DNA of 59,242 bases, counting the filler, from Diploschistes diacapsis (lineage: Eukaryota), in the NCBI GenBank assembly GCA_023645945.1. It is 6 parts of 6 records of this genome, joined end to end, with 100 filler letters (N's around TTAATTAATTAA, not from the genome) between each part and the next. Parts side by side here need not be neighbours in the genome. Positions count along the whole stretch, not along the records: positions 39,594 to 49,368 come from JALAIB010000996.1; positions 49,469 to 59,242 come from JALAIB010000997.1; 4 more parts are not named here. One strand, given 5' to 3'. The position numbers and the translations under genes were made by a program. Below, one piece after another: positions 47,076-59,242 of the stretch; positions within the stretch are counted from its first letter, which is position 1; every line of letters begins with the position of its first letter. The notes beneath the pieces are model-generated. The model saw only the letters and a list, made by a program, of their open reading frames with translations. It did no database searches and was not told where the DNA came from.

Positions 47076-49368
47076 CTCTGTTAGTTGTTGAGAGCCTCTG
47101 CCAAGCTTGAACAGCATACCATCCCCAGAACTGTGGGCTGTACTCCTTGTAGCAATTCAGCAAAACATGGTGCATGCTGTCACAGAGCATTGGATTTGCA
47201 GCATGACACCACAGCAGCACAACGACCAATCGCTCAGGGTCATGGCAAACTTGACACAGGTTTCTTACTGAAAACTACAAATGTTCAGAAACCCAATCTT
47301 GCAACTATCAAATATTTCAATGTTCAATTTTTCTACTTTTGCAACATAAGCTGCCAAACGTCTTCGAGTGTTTCAATGTTCTGACACTAATAGTACTGAA
47401 ACAGACCTTCACATCAAAGATCACATGGCGCTCCTTGTGAATGGTGACCAACATGCCAAATGGTGTTGGCCACCATCATGGCCAACATCTCGCTAGACGC
47501 AGTGTCTAGCCAGATGCAGCAGTGATTGGTGTGCTGAGATGTGCAACACATTATTGCATCATCAACTGAGATTGTATGATCATACCTCAAATAGTCACAA
47601 AAGCCGCAAAAGCACGAGGCACAACACCTCTGCACAATGAAATGGCACAATAATGGCGCATCAACATTGCAGAGCAACATCAAACAACAATACCTCACAA
47701 TTGATAAGGAGGCAGAAGACATGAGCAGCAGTCTGACGCCTGCCTTGTCAGCCAAGGTGGGGCGGGAAGGATGCACGCACTCTCTGAACAAGTCAGGAAT
47801 GCTGCATCAGGAGCTGCATGCAACAGCTGCACTCTAAGACAAACACTGGCGCTGGAGCTGCTTGTTGCTATAACGGCTTCCAAGATGATGCCAGCTAGCC
47901 CCCTACATGCCAACAGATCAGCAGCCCTTGATATGATGCCGCTATACCTAGTATGCTTTGGGCATTGTAGCGCAAGGCAGGTCTCAGTGCCTGTGTAGCA
48001 AGGGTGACCAAAGCTGGGACAAGCTCAAGTCGCTGCAGTCTGGCTTTGTTGGTGTCAATCGGCACCAAGAAGCCCAGAGCTCCTGCTCACCATGGCACTT
48101 TCCTGCCCTGCCCATGCCCTTGCCCTGATTGCCCGTGCTGGACCCTGCAGGGAGCGCATAAGTCTAAGATGCCTTCATTGAGACTGCCATGCATTTGTGT
48201 GGCCTGTGTCTCACAGCATTCAGATCTAAGCACTGACTCCACATCTACATCTTGCGTGGGAACGGTTTCAGATCCGGTCTTGAGACCGCTGCTCAGTAGC
48301 ATTTGCACCTGCTGGCAAGCTGCTTCCACAAGGCTTGAGCTTGATGAGCAACACAACACACTCCAAGCCTTGTTGTAGCTGCACAGCAGCAAAATAGCGC
48401 AACGCCGGATCACTGAACCAGTGACTGCAGCTCACCATGGTGCATGGGGATAACATTGCTGTAATGCCTGTCCACGCCGTAGGTCACAGACCAACACACC
48501 AACTATCAAGCACACCAACCATCAAGCACGCCACAAGCACTGAAAAGTAATAAAGTGTTTACGTGTAGCTTTGAGAGCCAATGATTGAACGTCATGGTCT
48601 GCAGTTATGTGTTTAATAGAGTAGGACAGTTATGTATCGAATAGAATAGGAAGCCATGTATCCAAAACGTCTGCCCTAGATTGCTAATGAGTGTAAAGGC
48701 CAGCTGATCCGATTACTCCGAAACCAAGCAATGACGACGTGAATATGGTATATGCCACGTTAAATTGATCATCTATAATTTTCGAACGCTCAACTTGAGG
48801 ACAGCAGCCTGAAACATGACGAGCTGGACAAAGCTGCGTTTGAAAGAAAAAACAAATTTCACTAGCAAAGATGCTACACAGCGCCTTTCAGTCATCGTAC
48901 ATGTCTGTACTGTAGGGAATAATGAGCCTTGCATCCACAAATCCGCTTTGAATCAGCCGTGTAAAGACAGCTGGAGCAGGCACTTATGTAGCAAGCGAAG
49001 AAATTAACTGTCTATCATTTTTCACTGGATTTGAGCATGGCAGTCTGAGATATTATGGTGTCGCTGTCTTTACATGGCCGGTTGAAGGCGGATTTGTGGA
49101 TGCAGGGCACATGAAACCCTGCAGTACACACCTATAGGATGGCTACAATCCCTTCTGCAGCACTGTTGCTTGCATTGTTTTTGGTTTTTTCAAACATGCA
49201 CAGCGACCGGAGTAGGCAACTGTGCAAATGTCTGCAAATGTGTGCACTGTGACAAGTTTGGAAAGTGACAGCCGAATGTTTTGCCTTGACACCGGGCTTG
49301 ACTGATGGTCATTGCGGCTTGAGCAAACTCTGTCAATGATCATCAATCAGTCTTGGTGCTGACTGTAA

Positions 49369-49468
49369 NNNNNNNNNNNNNNNNNNNNNNNNNNNNNNNN
49401 NNNNNNNNNNNNTTAATTAATTAANNNNNNNNNNNNNNNNNNNNNNNNNNNNNNNNNNNNNNNNNNNN
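49369..49468. other. Artificial contig linker
   Basis: N44-TTAATTAATTAA-N44. Confidence 0.98.
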
Positions 49469-49813
49469 GAGGAGGAGATGGAGCGGCCGCCGAAGGAGAG
49501 GGAGGTGTGGGGGAGTATGGATTCAGGGAGGGGGACGCCCGCGAGGGCCAGGGGCCCGGAGTGGGGCGTTTGAGCGGAGGGAGAGAGCGGGAAGAGTGGC
49601 GAGTGGCGAGTTAATGTAAGGACGGGTCAGAGAGTGTACTGTAGGCTTCAGCGCTGACCGGAGCTTTCGTTGTACGTTTGATGGATTCGGTACTAAGACG
49701 ACAAAGTGCTTTTGAGGAACATTTCTTCATGTGAAGCCGACTTCCAGCATCTTCTATATGGGTGAGGGAACAGTACCCGGGTATATATGTACATAGAGTA
49801 GGGAAAACACGGG

Positions 49814-51246
49814 TCACTTTCTCCTGTTCATCGTCTTTACGCACATCTCGACCAGCCCATCCTTAGCCTCCGAGTCAGGGAAACTATTCAGAGCATTTAC
49901 CGCTTTGTCGGCGTAATCCTGCGCAAGCGCCCTCGTCTGCTCGAGCCCTCGGCTCTGCAGCACTAATTCACGTGCCTGCTCATCACTTAGCGTCTCTTAT
50001 CGCGGCTAGCTCTGTCGAAGGGGATGCTCACCTGTTGTACATCGCCCTCTCGCGAGAACTTGCGGCCGACAAGCTCTCCCAAAGCAGAATTGTCCTTCCA
50101 AGCGAACAAGAGAGGAGCCGTGGCCAGGCCAAGCTGAAGGTCAGCACCAGCAGGCTTGCCGAGTTCTACGTTGCGGCTCGTGTAGTCAAGCATATCGTCT
50201 ACGAGCTGGAAGGCAAGGCCAAGATTCTTTCCGTACGCATAGGCAGCCTCCACGATTGCTGTAGAACTTTGGCCTAGCAAAGCAGCAGCCCGACAAGACT
50301 TGCTTATAAGGCTTGCTGATTTGAGATATGTTTTCTGAAGGTAGTACGTTAAGGTATCCTCTGTCCATACCGGGAACTTTTCATCCAGGGCTGTATTTTT
50401 CAATTGCATGAACTCGCCCTCAACCAGGTTTGCAATGACTGTGGCCAGCAATTCTATCACCTCTGCATCTCGCAGCCGAGCAAGCGCCACCGAAGCCCTT
50501 CCTAGAAGAAAATCGCCTGCTAATACCGCCATTTTGTTCCCAAAGGCAACATTTGCAGATGGGTTTGATCGTCGAGACTCCGAATGATCTAAAACATCAT
50601 CGTGAAGTAAGGAGGCAGTGTGTATAAGCTCTGTTATCTCGGCCAAGCGTCTTTGCTGTGGTAGTATATCCGAGTTTTGTTGTTCATAGGCAGCGTCGAA
50701 TGAGGGTGATGAAAGGGGGTTGGAGACTGGAGAGGAAGGATTCACATCGGCAAGGACTTGCGAAGGGGTGATGGAGTTGTCAATGTTCTCTGAAGGAATA
50801 GGAGCGCCTGTCCGAAAGCTTTTTGGCGCAGAAGCTGTAGCTCTGGACATCAACAGTACTAAAAGAGGCCGCACATGCTTCCCTTCGGACTGTGTGTAGT
50901 ATTTGGAGACCGTGTCCAGCATGGGGTGACCGGAGCCTAACAATTGTCGAATATTCCTTGTTAGAAACTTCATTTCCTTTCCCACTACCATAAGAGGATC
51001 GACTGAGATGCCGGCCAATCGCGGATCCACCTTCTTCTGGTTGAGGATAATCTGAGCCTGTGACCATGCTTGCGCAGGCGACCACTGAGTGCGTGCACCT
51101 CGCACTCCGCCCCGTCTTGTCACCGCATTTCTAAAATCAAGAGTCGCAGGCAGGACCTTGTGGCAGGCCGGGCAGATATTCGCGAGCGGAGCGGAGCTAC
51201 TTATAAAGCTTGCGTTGAATCTTGCTGGAGTCACTTGAGGCCTCAT
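49814..51246 (-). CDS. COQ1: Trans-polyprenyl diphosphate synthase Coq1, 2 exons
   Basis: GKHVRP, ELIHTASLLHDDVLD, AVLAGDFLL and GLAFQLVDDMLD. Intron 49976-50031. Last exon ends ...TMNRRK*. Confidence 0.95.
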
Positions 51247-51578
51247 GGTAATCTACAGACCTGTCCAAGGGTAATCTAACCTTGTCATTCTTCTTGTCAA
51301 CGACCTAGAATAGAGAACTTAGGAAAGAAAAGCGAGCAAGGGAAAAATGAGTGTCCATGGATCATTGGTCGCAAGATACAATGCTGAAGATGAAAATAAA
51401 GAAAATTTGGCTGACTTCATGGAACGCCGCAAAAGAAGGCGCCGACTTTCACCGAGAAGTTTGTCCGCAGCCTCTTAGCCCTCGGCAACTTTCCATTCTT
51501 GTCATTACTGTTATATACGAGGTCTTTCCTACAATTTACGTGTCTCGGCGCTGCACTTCCTCCTTCACACGACGCAGA

Positions 51579-52471
51579 ATGGTGCTTCTGACCGTGACCG
51601 AGTCTATGCTATCGGCCATGAAGTATTGCTCCGAGTACCAGGTGCAGGGGTGGCCCCTTGAGCAGCTCGAGGGAGAACCGTCACTGAAGCATGCAAACAT
51701 AGGACAGCCAATCGCTCATGGTCAGGTCATTGCCTTATCTCAATGTCTATGGAAGAGGTTCGAACTGCACAAGAATGAGGGAAATGGAAGGCAACCGAAG
51801 GGCATCACGTACGACCTTAATGGGCTTCTACGAGGCTCTAAAGTTTACAGCGAGCCTCCGAAGCCCAAGAAAGAGCCTGTGAGTTATACATCTAGTAATA
51901 ATATGGAGAGTATTGACGACTGCAGACGTCAGAGTTCAAGGCATTGATGGCGAAGCTTCGGGAAGAAGAGGAAGCCCTAGCTTACGAGCGCATGATGAAT
52001 CCACCTTCCCAGGCCGAGACATTCAGCCAGCGCTTTTCCGCTTCATCTTATGCTCAACTATTCCCAGCCAACCTTCCACTTAAAGAGCAAGATGACGAGA
52101 TAACCTTTGCAGACATTAATCGCCAAATGGCACTCATAATCAATGTCTTGGTTTCGATAATTGCTTGCAGTGTCGCCATATGGATGGCCGCTAGTCACTG
52201 GAGCACACCTAAACGATTGGGCTTGAGTATGGGAGGGAGCGGTATTGTAGGCATAGCTGAAGTTGTTGTATACGTCGGCTATCTCAGAAGAGTAAAAGAA
52301 TCAAAGGAGAAGGAAAAGAAGAAACCCGAGGTCAAAGAGATAATTGGAACCTGGGTCATCAACTCAGACAAGCAGGAGCTGAAGCATGAGAAGAGCAAGG
52401 CGCTCAGAGAGTCCAAGCCAGAAGCCAATGCACTAAGGAAACGAGTCTTTAATCAGAACGATGATACTTAA
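51579..52471 (+). CDS. VMA12: V-ATPase assembly factor Vma12/Vph2 (TMEM199), 2 exons
   Basis: MVLLT..., LLRGSKVY..PPKPK.EP|TSEFKALMAKLR...YERM and two TM helices (IINVLVSIIAC; VGIAEVVVY). Intron 51879-51925. Divergent from COQ1 across about 330 bp. Confidence 0.85.
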
Positions 52472-52945
52472 TTTGGCTCGTTTCTACGTGGGCAGAGAAT
52501 ATCACGTATGAGAACTTCTCAAGAACATTGTCTCAGCTTTTTGTTTTACTCAGCTCAGCCTCGTTTGCTCAGTTGTTTCTTGATCACATGGCGACGTGGC
52601 CCATGCGTGTTTCCTTTCTCCTTTGTCTCTTGTGCTGTCATTTGAGTGTGTTTCTTTATAATAACTACATATTCTACCTAGTAGACCCCAGCTATTGCCT
52701 CTTATAATATTCCTATGTTTACAGAAAAGCGTGATATTTCAGGCCAGCCGCGATTCGAAGCAGGAGCTTTTCAAATGTTCTCGTTTTTCTAATTTTGCTC
52801 TGAATATCGGCATCCACCAACTTGAATATCCAAAAATCATGGTCAGAATTTCTGCCAGGGGCTTAGAATATGCGTTAATTTTTTGTGAATTAAGCAGGTG
52901 CGGTTAAACGACACAGGAGGAACTGATTAACCCATTGACAGCGAA

Positions 52946-53506
52946 ATGTGCCATCTCATTCTAGTTCGGTGCCCGAAATGCAACAGTAGCATCAGACACC
53001 CTCGATATTGCTCGGTCGGTGTTGAGGATGCAGACATCAAATACAAAGAGCGATCCGCAGGGCCCGTATGCAAGGCAACCGGTCGACTTCTCACTGTGTG
53101 TCTCGACACAGCCATGTGCGATGACTGTTTGCGCTTTCGTCGTGCCGAGGAGAAGAGGCGGGCAATCTATGAGAAGAGGAAGAACGATTGGGGGCCCCCT
53201 GAACTAACAAACGGCAAGGGCTTGGGGATTGATACCGATCAAAAATTCAGAAGCAGAGACGAGAGCCACAGGCTACTATTAGAATTTTGGCATAAAGACG
53301 TTGAGGAGCAAGGGTTGCAAACAGTTTCGAAGAAGCAAGCAGGTACGCCTATGTTATTGTATACACAAAGACGAAAAAAGTATCTTGATCAGACACCAGC
53401 CCAAACATCTAGCAACCCGTCGCTGAAGCCTTTGCCTATAGGTACTCAAATTGGTAAACTAGGATCTGCAGCTGATGCTAAGAAAGCTTTTAACACAGCA
53501 TTGTGA
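52946..53506 (+). CDS. Hypothetical protein with Cys-rich (putative Zn-binding) N-terminus
   Basis: Intact 186-aa ORF beginning MC...CPKC...C...C...C...CDDC, followed by a charged helix. Confidence 0.5.
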   Translation: MCHLILVRCPKCNSSIRHPRYCSVGVEDADIKYKERSAGPVCKATGRLLTVCLDTAMCDDCLRFRRAEEKRRAIYEKRKNDWGPPELTNGKGLGIDTDQKFRSRDESHRLLLEFWHKDVEEQGLQTVSKKQAGTPMLLYTQRRKKYLDQTPAQTSSNPSLKPLPIGTQIGKLGSAADAKKAFNTAL

Positions 53507-54130
53507 TGCCACAGCTCACTGGCCAAAAATCTGCATGGTGGAAAGGGGAAGCAATTGGCTCTGGCAGCAATCGCAAGTTGTATTGTTTCGCTAAGGCTCG
53601 AGTTCATCGCCACGGAGCTGCCCGAGTTATTCTACAGGTTTAGTGGCAGAGTATCGTTGGAAACCACCTACAACTAGTTAGCACAGTGATGGTGGATATT
53701 GAGGAAAAGGGTAGCGGACCTGGCAGCGCCATAGCAGTATCTTACCCAAACCACCTACCTATTTCTTTAACATGCGTGAGGAAATTCGTAACGCCAGCTT
53801 TAAACATCGATTCTCACCTCTGCAGTAGGTTGTGCATTATCAATGGCAGCTTGACTTCGCGGCACTAGGAACTGCGACCCCATATTTGATAGAGAACCTG
53901 CAAGACTAAAGGTGCACGGTGAATATTTGTTCCGTCATGTGTTATTTATGGGTGATTTCTTCCCACATATTGCTTCTTCTACCTTTGGATACCTAATCAA
54001 GGATCTAAGTATTTAACAAAATCTGCTTTCCAATGTGCGCTTGATAGTCTGATGTAGGATAAATATACCGGAATATACCTTCTGCAGTTTTGGCCATTGA
54101 ACACCCTCCGGAGGGGACCATTATTTGACA

Positions 54131-55909
54131 ATGAATCCTCAAGGGCAGCTAGCAAATGGCGGCGCCTTGCTACCTACGGACAAGTTGATAAAGCCACAGC
54201 AAGTGTATAACTTGGCGTTCCTTAACCCAGAGAATAAGCAGTCATACCATGAAGGGGTCTCTTCTCTTTGGAGGAAGATGGACCTCCCGGAACAGCACCC
54301 AGAACGTATGCAGGCCCATCGGAAACTGACGGAGTTATCCACCAAACTGAAGCATCAAATGCTCAAATGGAAACAAGAGACTGGCCAGCCAATACAGGGA
54401 GGCCAGATGAGATATATGATGCCGAATCAGCAAGATCCAGCGATGATGATGGCGCAACAAGCAAACGTGCGTCCAGCAGGGCAGCACACCGGTATGGAAT
54501 TCAGTGCTCGAGTAAGGCACGAAGCCAACAGTTTCCAGCCAGCTATTCCGCAAGAGGTTCGACAGAGGAGTATAGAGGACCAAAAGACGTGGATAGCCCG
54601 CCAGAAACGTCAATACGCCATATTGCTTCAGAAGTTTGACTCAATTAAGACTCAAGCAGACCAGTTTACTGCGCAAGTCCACGCACGACAGCAGGAACGG
54701 GGACTCAACCAACATGAGCACCAAACAGCACAGGCAAAGATCACACAGATGCGTGATTTTCAGCGGGATGCGCAAAACGCGATCCTAACTTTCAAGCGCC
54801 AATACGAACAGGCCAACCAGCAAGTTCAAGCGCAAGCGAAAGCGCAACAACAAGCCCAGCAACAAGCTCAGCAACAGCAAGCGCAGATTCAACTGAGCAA
54901 CCAACTAATAGTTGATCAGCAGCATCCGCAGGAGCAGGAGCTCCCTGAGCCAGACTCTACAGTGCCTATAAAAACCGAAATCGAGAACAACGAACAAATC
55001 GATACAATAACTCGACCTTCGACCGGTGTACAGGATCAGAACTCTAAAGTAACTCAATCTCAACCCGCTGAAACAAATTTGCCTCCGACCACCACAGCAC
55101 CACAGAACACAAAACCTGTTACACAACCCTCTTCTCAAGGTCCTCCAGCCGGAAGTACAGGTTCGGCGGCATACCCTCTTTCCCATCAAGCAGCCATTAG
55201 TCGAGCTGTTTCCAATAACCCATCTTCCACACCAAACAACGGTCACCCAGCAACCTTGGTCCAGGCGCCGAATATTCAGCGGGAGCCAACCGGGCCAAGT
55301 ACCAGCGTAAGCCATCAGCGCCCTCCGACTCGACCTCTCAACATTTCACCGTTGACCGCCGCCGCGATGGCGCCCGCACGCCCCACCCTCCCAGGCGGCC
55401 AAGGTCCAGTGGGTCAGATGGGACAGCCAGCCATCCAGACCTTCCCAGGCTATATGTTACGAGGTGATGGCGACCGCGTCTTGAGCAAGAACAAGCTTCA
55501 AGAGCTTGTTCGCGAAGTTACTGGTGGGGCCGGCGGAGAGGGGGCTGAGACCCTCGATCCGGACGTTGAAGAGGTAAGTCTGGGCTCGTCTTGTCCTTTC
55601 CGGTGGATGGGACTGCCTGCAATTCCAAACGTAGATGCTTACCGTCTACAGACTCTGCTTGATGTTGCAGACGAATTCATCGACAACGTTATCGCGTCTG
55701 CCTGTCAGTTGGCCAAGATTCGCAACGCTGATACCCTCGATCTACGTGATATTCAAATCATTCTCGAGCGCAACTACAATATCCGCGTCCCTGGTTATGC
55801 ATCGGATGAACTACGCACCGTCAAGCGCATCCAGCCTACCCAAAGCTGGACCCAGAAAATGAGTGCTGTTCAAGCAGCCAAGGTTACTGGTGGCAAGGCT
55901 GACATATGA
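54131..55909 (+). CDS. TAF12: TFIID/SAGA subunit Taf12, 2 exons
   Basis: Gln-rich N-part. Histone fold RVLSKNKLQELVREV...DVEE|TLLDVADEFID...LAKIR...DIQIILERNYNIRVPGY. In-frame intron 55574-55651. Confidence 0.93.
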   Translation: MNPQGQLANGGALLPTDKLIKPQQVYNLAFLNPENKQSYHEGVSSLWRKMDLPEQHPERMQAHRKLTELSTKLKHQMLKWKQETGQPIQGGQMRYMMPNQQDPAMMMAQQANVRPAGQHTGMEFSARVRHEANSFQPAIPQEVRQRSIEDQKTWIARQKRQYAILLQKFDSIKTQADQFTAQVHARQQERGLNQHEHQTAQAKITQMRDFQRDAQNAILTFKRQYEQANQQVQAQAKAQQQAQQQAQQQQAQIQLSNQLIVDQQHPQEQELPEPDSTVPIKTEIENNEQIDTITRPSTGVQDQNSKVTQSQPAETNLPPTTTAPQNTKPVTQPSSQGPPAGSTGSAAYPLSHQAAISRAVSNNPSSTPNNGHPATLVQAPNIQREPTGPSTSVSHQRPPTRPLNISPLTAAAMAPARPTLPGGQGPVGQMGQPAIQTFPGYMLRGDGDRVLSKNKLQELVREVTGGAGGEGAETLDPDVEEVSLGSSCPFRWMGLPAIPNVDAYRLQTLLDVADEFIDNVIASACQLAKIRNADTLDLRDIQIILERNYNIRVPGYASDELRTVKRIQPTQSWTQKMSAVQAAKVTGGKADI

Positions 55910-56627
55910 AGGGAAAGTAGAGGTGCATGTTTGTTTGAGTATTGGCCGGCGTTAGATCACATGGTGCTTCTTTTCAACACAGGTCGTTTAGGGTCATGAC
56001 ATGGGGATTATGTTATCGGACTGCATTGATGCTCTGGGGTCAGGACTTCTGAATTGCGGTCTGCATGCCGAATGACTCTGCACTTCTTTTTGGGAACTAT
56101 GGGACAAATGCGTGTGAGAGGTCTATTGCATAATTGACTTTATATGGAACGTACCCCGTGTACACTTCTGCCTTTGTAGTAATGACAATTGCTTTTTTGG
56201 CAGTCTCCAACCTACTAATACCTTTCCTTCGCATACAATTGTAAACCGAATCGAGATTCAACCAGCGGGCATTGGAGTGTTTCCGCCCTGTTCGGATATA
56301 CCGCGATGGATCGTCACGGACTCGAGGAGCCCAAAAGAGGCATAAACCGCGCCACTCAAGCTAGACTAGATGCCACAAAAGGTTAGTGTTTCATATACTT
56401 GTAATAGCCCTTTCCAACCTCCCCAGTCTGCCTCTCTAGCCGGCCAGCCTCGTTGATCAAGATGACTTCCACAGCTGATGTCTTGAATGTGACTAAATTT
56501 TGGAAGGCATCGAGTCTCTTACTCTCACGTGTACTGCAGCCTAGCGCGTCTATTATTTCTACGAAGTTTCTGGCATCATCTGCCATTTACCCACATTCGT
56601 GCTTCATGAATAGTTACCTCAACGGTT

Positions 56628-58938
56628 ATGGACGCACAACAGCATCTGGAGAGCCAGGCTGAGAACAGAACCGACGAAGGTCCGAATCCAAATCCAAATC
56701 CAAATCCAAATCCACGTAGGTCCATTGACGAGCGGCCACAAGCAATACGGTCTCCATTGACCTCTCGTATCTTTTCTTCCCTTTCCGAGCAGGGATCGGT
56801 ACGCTCACGAAGCCCGCTGCGTGATGAATGGCACATCGAGGAGCCGCAACGTCCATATAGAGCCAGACGACAAGCGCCCTGGCGACGCCCAAAGAGCCCG
56901 GGTTTGCGGTGGTACAAGTCGTATACGGACCATAACGTCAAACACGGGCGGGTACTTGTGGTAGACTATGTGAAGCAAGAGCTGAGCAAGGACGGTATGA
57001 GGAAGGTTGCCGCACAGGAGATCAATAATCTTGAGGGGTTGGAGAAGCTCTATGGCAACTGCAACAGAAGAGACGAGGCTGTGCTTCGCCTCTTCCACGT
57101 TCAGAACGCACGCTGGGCAACTCATTTTTTCTTTAAGAAGTTCAACATGACACCGGGCGAGCTCGTCGGAAGCGATTTTGGAAGATACGCCAAATCTGCA
57201 AAGCCCGAACGACGAGGCGGACGGCCGCTCCTCAAGGCCAAACTTTGGCCCACACAGCACGATCCGTGGCGCAAGATATCTCGGACGGCTTTTTCGTTCG
57301 ACTACCTGGAGATGTACAAAGTACGCGATCCGCTAGGAAAGGCCGAAGACAAGTATGGGAAATTCATGGAGCTAAATTGCTTTGATGAGGAGGACAACCC
57401 TAAATATGGATACGATGTCTATCCACAAAGTACGGTATGTTATTTTACCAAGCAATCACATTATTCCTAACGGATGACAGAGCTGCTATATCCAACATCA
57501 GGAAGAGGATATGTCCGACGCACCCACGAATGCGGAAATCAAGAACCCATACGAGGGCAGCCCCGCGGCGATTGAGGATATGGATAACGGAAATGCAATA
57601 ATCATCTTCGAGAACTCCAAGTCATGTTCAATCGAGGACACATTGATTCCTGCCAGGCGAGAATTCGAGTCTCGGTGGAGGCGATTACCTTTCTACCTTG
57701 CCTATGAAAACCATGATGTCTCGAAAGACGACGAGCTAGCCGTACAGTGTATGAGGGTTATTCTGCAGGACATCTGGACTTCGCTTTCGCTGTCGTGGGA
57801 AAGAATGCTCGACATGGCTGACCATCATATCGCGATCCTGGAAGACAAGATCTTCGAGCACCCAGCAGACGAATCCCGAGCGGATGAGATCTGGGCCAAC
57901 TCAAACAACTGGGCGAAAGTAATGAGACTAGTCATAACTCATTCAAACGTGGTGCAGCAACTTAACATCAACCTTCGGGAACTGGTCGAGTCTGCGGCGG
58001 ACAACCAGTGGTTAGAGGCGAGCACGCAAGCTTTCCAGACCCTGACCTCGAGGATACAGGAGGGCCTCATAAAGCCAACTGACAGTCTGAACGACTTAAT
58101 GTACAAATCTGTAGGCATCAGAGACACACGTCATTCCTTGGAACTGAACGAAAGCATGGCGAGACTTTCGTGGATCACGTTCATCTTCCTACCTCTGACA
58201 TTCACTGTGGGTTTCTTTGGCATGAATGTGGACGCATTCGCAAACGATCCCAGCTTGAAATGGTATTTCATATCGGCTGCACCTATGATGGTTCTCGTCA
58301 TATTTCTCTACTGGTTCATCAAGTACTACATTACTCGGTCACGGCAGACGCCTTACTCCCGTGGTCTGTACGAGCATTTCTTCCACGATCTTGCAGCGCA
58401 ATACCCACTGCTGTGGACACGGCTTGGCCCGCGAGATAACGTTGCTCCCCGTAGCAGGTGGAAGAAGCTTCAGTGGCATCTAATACAGGACTGGAATGAG
58501 CCAAGCAGGACCATCAGAACCTCGCAACGCGAAGATCAGTTCGTGGAACTGGGCACCTGGCAGCGTTGCAAGCGAATGCTGACGCGGCGCTGGACAGAGA
58601 GTCTGAACATATCCGCGGAGGTCAGCCTGAAAGACCCCTGTGTATACGAAGAAGGTCCTGCAGAGAAGTTCGCGGATGTGGTCCAGGAGGTCACGGATAT
58701 TCTCCACGCGCCGGAAGCCAATGGAGACATGGCCGGTCAAGGCTTTGGTTCACTGGGTCCTGTGATGCTTAGGGTTCCTAATGAGCTTGACCAGAGGGCT
58801 GGCCCAGGGATCAACCAACGATTTTCGGTGGCTTCCAGTGGGGGCAGGCCAAGCAGTCAGGGAACAATTAGTGTTGGCAGGAACAGTGTCATTATGGTCG
58901 AGGAGGAGAGGCCGGATTGGCTCTGCAGGAAGAATTGA
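56628..58938 (+). CDS. CorA-like Mg2+ transporter-domain protein, 2 exons
   Basis: SMARLSWITFIFLPLTFTVGFFGMN (GMN motif) followed by a second TM helix. Intron 57435-57480 joins the two ORFs in frame. Confidence 0.85.
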
Positions 58939-59242
58939 TAAAATTATGTGTCGGTTGGCCTGCAGCTTGTACATGGACATTACGACCAATTTCGCATCCT
59001 TTCGGAGATGCACACTGCCACCCTAAAGAAAGAAACAGTAGAATCATCTATATTATTATTAGTCTTTATAGGTTGCGCAATTAATGAGATCTCAAATCAA
59101 GCTAAAACTTGGGAAGATCATGAATTTGCTCGTCCTTGATGGGCCTTTCCGCGCTTTAGTGTTCCGATAGTCAACACCGCCACTTATTATTATTTTTGGT
59201 CATGGTAGTTCAGGCTACGTTACCTATTAACAAGTTTATAAT

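Larger units (their letters stand above)
39594..49368. mobile_element. Compositionally foreign contig carrying a virus-like integrating element (Polinton/virophage-type integrase, ZnF gene, repeat array); element ends not identified
   Basis: Two long intronless non-fungal ORFs. CpA/TpG-rich and CpG-poor by eye. No RIP-type stop accumulation and no housekeeping genes. Confidence 0.6.

Noticed and set aside
46082..48460. Additional viral genes (capsid, ATPase, polymerase) on the foreign contig
   Set aside because: Only short ORFs of up to 125 aa, with no Walker A, PolB or jelly-roll-like motifs recognisable.
39594..49368. Terminal inverted repeats delimiting the foreign element
   Set aside because: I could not match the contig ends or the AT-rich patches by eye, so boundaries remain undefined.
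49469..49573. 3' end of a gene at the start of contig 6 (...RGPEWGV*)
   Set aside because: Too short and truncated to identify.

Overview
This window is not one locus. It is six contigs (9825, 9795, 9787, 9786, 9775 and 9774 bp, sorted by decreasing length) joined by artificial 100-bp N44-TTAATTAATTAA-N44 linkers, so adjacency across linkers has no meaning. Five contigs look like a filamentous ascomycete (Pezizomycotina; a lichen-former is possible but unproven): short GT-AG introns, a RIP-mutated transposon, and genes for DHR1, an isochorismatase, PAC3, MTQ1, a mucin-like wall protein, a PTH11-like receptor, a P450 pseudogene, RHO3, MGR2, VPS64/SLMAP, CipC, a small Cys-rich secreted protein, YAH1, EglC, COQ1, VMA12, TAF12 and a CorA-like protein. 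They also carry an impala-like Tc1/mariner element, a 106-bp hairpin MITE with the same asymmetric termini, and a Mutator-like MITE. Contig 5 (39594-49368) is the anomaly: it looks CpG-poor and CpA/TpG-rich by eye, shows no RIP and has no fungal genes. It encodes a Polinton/virophage-type integrase with an apparent D-D(54)-D triad and a convergent C2H2 zinc-finger protein with a giant-virus-like C-terminal domain. It also holds a cryptic PHD-like finger between them and a higher-order palindromic repeat array upstream of the integrase. It is the best candidate for an undescribed virus-derived mobile element, possibly from a co-assembled alga. Family assignments come from motif recognition only; no searches were run.
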